Shown here piece by piece: positions 59,066 to 62,162 of a stretch of 62,162 nucleotides of DNA. The notes beneath the pieces are model-generated. The model was given only the letters and a program-made list of their open reading frames with translations, was not told where the DNA came from and made no database searches. Position 1 is the stretch's first letter. Each line of letters begins with the position of its first letter. A program made the position numbers and the translations under genes. This DNA comes from an uncultured Syntrophales bacterium (lineage in GTDB: Bacteria; Desulfobacterota; Syntrophia; Syntrophales; JAAYKM01), in NCBI GenBank assembly GCA_964494155.1, contig CAZBQX010000002.1:67780-129941 (forward strand). The letters are read 5' to 3'.

Positions 59066-59874
59066 AGCACACGGTAAACAGCGATGATTTGACCAGCCTG
59101 GAGCATTATCCTGTGATCCGTTACGATGGGATCGGTTTTGACTGTGCCGAAGCACCGTTGATCCGCGAAATCGCCCTGAAAATTGTTTACAATCACGACC
59201 AAGTCATGACCATTGCCTGTGCCGGAAATTATCTCGACGAACTGGCGGTGGGTTTTCTCAGGTCCGAGGGGTTGCTGCGGTCAGCGGCGGATATTGAAAG
59301 GTTGACGGTGCATGCGGCGGACCGTCAGGTCGAAGTGGTTACAGCCGATCACCGCAGGGCCAAGGCCGTGGTGGGGCAGGGGGGCGGTGCGTTATTCTCG
59401 AGCGGTGCCCGGGGTATCGGCGGTGGAAAGCATCCGGGAAAGAAAAATCTGCGGGATCTGGGAATGACCCTGGACCCGAATAGGGTGCTGCTGTGGATGG
59501 AAGAACTGGTGGACCGTTCCGTTCTGCACAATACAAGTCACGGTACTCACTGTTCTGCTTTGGGAGATGTCCACGGCATGATCATCAGCCGGGAGGACAT
59601 CGGTCGCCATAACACCATTGACATGATCGGCGGCTATACCCTGCTGCACGATCTCGACTGTTCAGACAAGATTATCATGACAACAGGGCGTATCTCCTCG
59701 GAGATGGTGAATAAGGTCTGGAATCTGGGCATTCCGGTTATCATTACCCGGTCCGCCCCGACGGCGGAGGCGATCCGGATTCTCGACGGGGCGGGTATGA
59801 CCCTCGTCGGTTATGTCCGCAACGGCCGGATGAACGTTTACACACACCAAGACAGGGTTAAGACAGGTCTATGA
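59062..59874 (+). CDS. fdhD: Formate dehydrogenase accessory sulfurtransferase FdhD
   Basis: ELAVGFLRSEG, GTHCSAL, REDIGRHN, TGRISSEMV, TLVGYVR. Confidence 0.92.
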   Translation: MKHTVNSDDLTSLEHYPVIRYDGIGFDCAEAPLIREIALKIVYNHDQVMTIACAGNYLDELAVGFLRSEGLLRSAADIERLTVHAADRQVEVVTADHRRAKAVVGQGGGALFSSGARGIGGGKHPGKKNLRDLGMTLDPNRVLLWMEELVDRSVLHNTSHGTHCSALGDVHGMIISREDIGRHNTIDMIGGYTLLHDLDCSDKIIMTTGRISSEMVNKVWNLGIPVIITRSAPTAEAIRILDGAGMTLVGYVRNGRMNVYTHQDRVKTGL

Positions 59875-60827
59875 AAAATATCTATATCTCGCAGATCAAA
59901 GCAGGCGATAAGGTCAACGATTTATTTCTTGTGGAAGAAAAGAATCTGGCCTTTTCACAGAAGGGTTCCCCCTATCTGAGTTTGCGCCTCAAGGATAAAA
60001 CCGGCCAACTGGACGGCCGGGTCTGGGACAACGCATCCAATCTGGATAAGGTTTTCAGGAAGGGCGATATCATCTACATCCAATCCCGGGCGGTGAGCTT
60101 CAAGGGTATGATCCAGTTGTCCGTCATCGATGTCCGGACGGCGACACCCGAGGAGATGACCTGGGAGGCCTTTCTACCGACCGTCAAAGGTGATATCGAC
60201 GCCATGTACGCGGAATTGATGGCTCTTGCCGGTCAAGTCGTCGCACCGCCTTTAAAGGCCCTGCTGGATGCGTTTCTTGCCGATGAGGGAATCGCATCCC
60301 TATTCCGTCGTGCACCGGCCGCCAAAGGGTTTCACCATGTCAACATCGGGGGGCTGCTCGAGCATACCCTGTCGGTGACAAAACTGCTGACCATGGTTGC
60401 GGATCACTATCCCAAAAGCAACCGGGATCTGTTGATTGTTGGCGGAATTCTTCATGATATTGGGAAGATACGCGAGTTCACCTACCAGGGGAACATCGAT
60501 TACAGCGACGAGGGCCGTTTGATCGGACACATCGTTATCGGACTGGAGATGCTGGATGAAAAGATTGCGACGATTCCCGATTTTCCCCCCCAACTGGCCA
60601 TGGAACTGCGGCACCTGATCCTCAGCCATCATGGCATGCTGGAGTTTGGCTCACCAAAACGGCCGAAAACCGTCGAGGCCATGATCGTCCACCAGATTGA
60701 CGATATGGACGCCAAAGTCAATGCATTTCAGGAGTATATCAGCAACAGCGAAGACAACGATTCCGATTGGACGCCGTTTCACCGGTTGTTTGAACGCTAC
60801 ATCTACAAGGGGAGTTCCATCGAATAA
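59871..60827 (+). CDS. OB-fold + HD-domain protein (YhaM/Cbf1-like 3'-5' exoribonuclease)
   Basis: N-terminal OB fold (LKDKTG...W), APAA..FHH...GGLLEH, HDIGK, GHI, SHHG..E.GSP, DDMDA. Confidence 0.88.
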   Translation: MKNIYISQIKAGDKVNDLFLVEEKNLAFSQKGSPYLSLRLKDKTGQLDGRVWDNASNLDKVFRKGDIIYIQSRAVSFKGMIQLSVIDVRTATPEEMTWEAFLPTVKGDIDAMYAELMALAGQVVAPPLKALLDAFLADEGIASLFRRAPAAKGFHHVNIGGLLEHTLSVTKLLTMVADHYPKSNRDLLIVGGILHDIGKIREFTYQGNIDYSDEGRLIGHIVIGLEMLDEKIATIPDFPPQLAMELRHLILSHHGMLEFGSPKRPKTVEAMIVHQIDDMDAKVNAFQEYISNSEDNDSDWTPFHRLFERYIYKGSSIE

Positions 60828-60931
60828 TCGTGACCGGGGTGCAATGGCCACGTATTGCATGATGCATGTTCTTTATATAAGTAACGTGCTGATCATGCGC
60901 TGCAGTTTTTCCAATGTTCTTAACCGCTGCC

Positions 60932-61702
60932 TCAAAAAGTCGACGGCTTCAAATACTTGAAAAGGTCATTCATTTCATCTGAGTATTCCTTGACTGTCTT
61001 GTAGATAAAAAGCGGGGGGAGAATATGCAGCTCTTCCCCGCCTTCATTGATTCCTTCCACAAGAATAAATTGCGCTTCCGAATCCGGATAGGAATGGACG
61101 ATACGCATCCGCTTGGGCTCGATCTTCTCGTGACGCATGCGTGAAATGGCTTCGGCGCACCGCGGGGCCGGATAGATGAAGGCCGCACGGCCGCCGGGCT
61201 TGAGGACATGGCGTGCTCCACGGAGGAAATCCGCGAAGCTGCCTTCCACTTCGTGGCGTGCGACGGCCTTTTGCAGGTTCGGATTGACTTTTCCCGAATG
61301 CATCCGGCGATAGGGAGGATTGAAGATGACGGCGTCAAAGGAGGAAGAGGGAAGGCTTTTTACCATCCGGCGGATATCACCCGTCCGAATTTCAATCCGG
61401 TCAGACAAGTGATTCATGGCGGCGTTGCGCCGAGCCAGGTCGGCTAGGTCTTCCTGAATTTCAATGCCGGTCAGGTGCAAGTTGTCTGTGCGTAGTGCCA
61501 GGATAAGACTGATTATTCCGCTTCCGGGGCCGATTTCCAGAACATGATCAGCCGGTCTTTCCTGGAAAAAGGCAGCCAGCAACAGGGCATCGACGGAAAA
61601 CCGGTAGCCCTTGGCTGGCTGAAGCACCTTCAAGCGGCCGTCAAAGAGCCTGTCCAGGGTTTCCCCCTCTTTCCGAAAAGCCGATAAATTCGCCTCGGGC
61701 AT
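60932..61702 (-). CDS. tRNA1(Val) A37-N6 methyltransferase-like (YfiC/TrmN6 family)
   Basis: QPAKGYRFSVDALLLA, LEIGPGSG, NPPY, ARHE. Confidence 0.85.
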   Translation of the reverse strand: MPEANLSAFRKEGETLDRLFDGRLKVLQPAKGYRFSVDALLLAAFFQERPADHVLEIGPGSGIISLILALRTDNLHLTGIEIQEDLADLARRNAAMNHLSDRIEIRTGDIRRMVKSLPSSSFDAVIFNPPYRRMHSGKVNPNLQKAVARHEVEGSFADFLRGARHVLKPGGRAAFIYPAPRCAEAISRMRHEKIEPKRMRIVHSYPDSEAQFILVEGINEGGEELHILPPLFIYKTVKEYSDEMNDLFKYLKPSTF

Positions 61703-61755
61703 GATGGCTTCCTTTCCGGCTGTCCCGCGTCCGCTATCGGGACGGTTTCATGTTG

Positions 61756-62162
61756 TTAATCCAGCAAATGGACAAATACACCGCTTCTTAATTTCGGTTC
61801 GAACCAGGTCGATTTGGGCGGCATGATGCGTCCCGCATCGGCCACCTTGATCAGTTCGTCCAGTGTGGTCGGATACATGGAAAACGCCACCTTGAACCCA
61901 CCACCGTCCACGAGACGTTCCAACTCGCCCATGCCCCGGATGCCGCCGACGAAATCGATCCGCTTGTCTGTCCGGGGATCCTGAATACCAAGCACCGGAC
62001 CGAGCAGGCTGTTCTGCAGAATAGACACGTCGAGGCTGCCAATGGGATCGTCCGCCTTGTAGATTTCAGGTTTGGCCTTTAGTTTATACCACCGGCCGCC
62101 CAGGTACATGCCGAATTCATGCGCTGCCGTCGGGCTTTTGTCCTTAAAATCGGGGGAAACGA
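61756..62162 (-). CDS. DUF1015-family protein, C-terminal part (runs off the window edge)
   Basis: Frame open to the edge; RIDFVGGIRG and MPPKSTWFEPKLRSG. Confidence 0.85.
   Translation of the reverse strand, partial: VSPDFKDKSPTAAHEFGMYLGGRWYKLKAKPEIYKADDPIGSLDVSILQNSLLGPVLGIQDPRTDKRIDFVGGIRGMGELERLVDGGGFKVAFSMYPTTLDELIKVADAGRIMPPKSTWFEPKLRSGVFVHLLD

Noticed and set aside
1-62162. Many long alternative-frame and antisense ORFs in the six-frame track (e.g. 902-1594, 15164-16084, 41966-42811, 43415-44359)
   Set aside because: They overlap well-supported genes, lack recognisable motifs, and are expected shadows in moderately GC-rich coding DNA.
1-62162. Selenoprotein (in-frame UGA + SECIS) or tRNA-Sec, prompted by selB
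   Set aside because: All recognised genes are full length without UGA read-through. The only split gene (ygiQ) is a frameshift. No tRNA-like sequence was seen at 56928-57151.
1-62162. CRISPR array, IS element, prophage or defence island
   Set aside because: No regularly spaced repeats, transposase, integrase or phage structural motifs were seen.

Overview
Bacterial chromosomal window, probably from an anaerobic deltaproteobacterium (Desulfobacterota, Syntrophales-like). This placement is inferred from gene content, not from a marker gene. I saw no rRNA, tRNA, CRISPR array, transposase or phage gene. Left part (1-20 kb): housekeeping and stress genes, namely an FAD dehydrogenase, USP, cyclophilin, a lone ribD, an exported SOR-like protein + cytochrome b561 + wrbA, a frameshifted ygiQ, copZA, a ferritin-like gene, a FabK/NMO-like gene, tatD, a TPP-riboswitch thiN-thiD-thiC operon, cca and a SPOR-NlpC/P60 lipoprotein. 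An exact 311-bp tandem duplication lies at the cca/NlpC junction. Middle (24.6-46.5 kb, minus strand): ruvX-mltG and an almost complete dcw cluster (mraZ to ftsZ, no ddl) with MraZ boxes, followed by a radical SAM gene, xth and a DUF484-like gene. Then an IscR-like Rrf2 regulator with reverse rubrerythrin and three candidate operators. Right end: selB-fdhD-yhaM-like, a tRNA methyltransferase and a partial DUF1015 gene. Two candidates stand out as possibly undescribed systems. (1) A four-gene cassette occurs twice (20.1-24.5 kb and 52.1-56.4 kb): NtrC-type regulator, pseudo-receiver protein, CheW and MCP, with no CheA/CheY in the window. One copy has an intact enhancer-binding protein, a GAF/5xPAS hybrid kinase, paired UAS-like sites and a sigma54-like promoter. 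The other has a regulator with degenerate GAFTGA and Walker B motifs. (2) An exported SOR-like metalloprotein, a di-heme cytochrome b561 and WrbA could form a transmembrane electron conduit. All protein family calls come from motif recognition by eye, not database searches.
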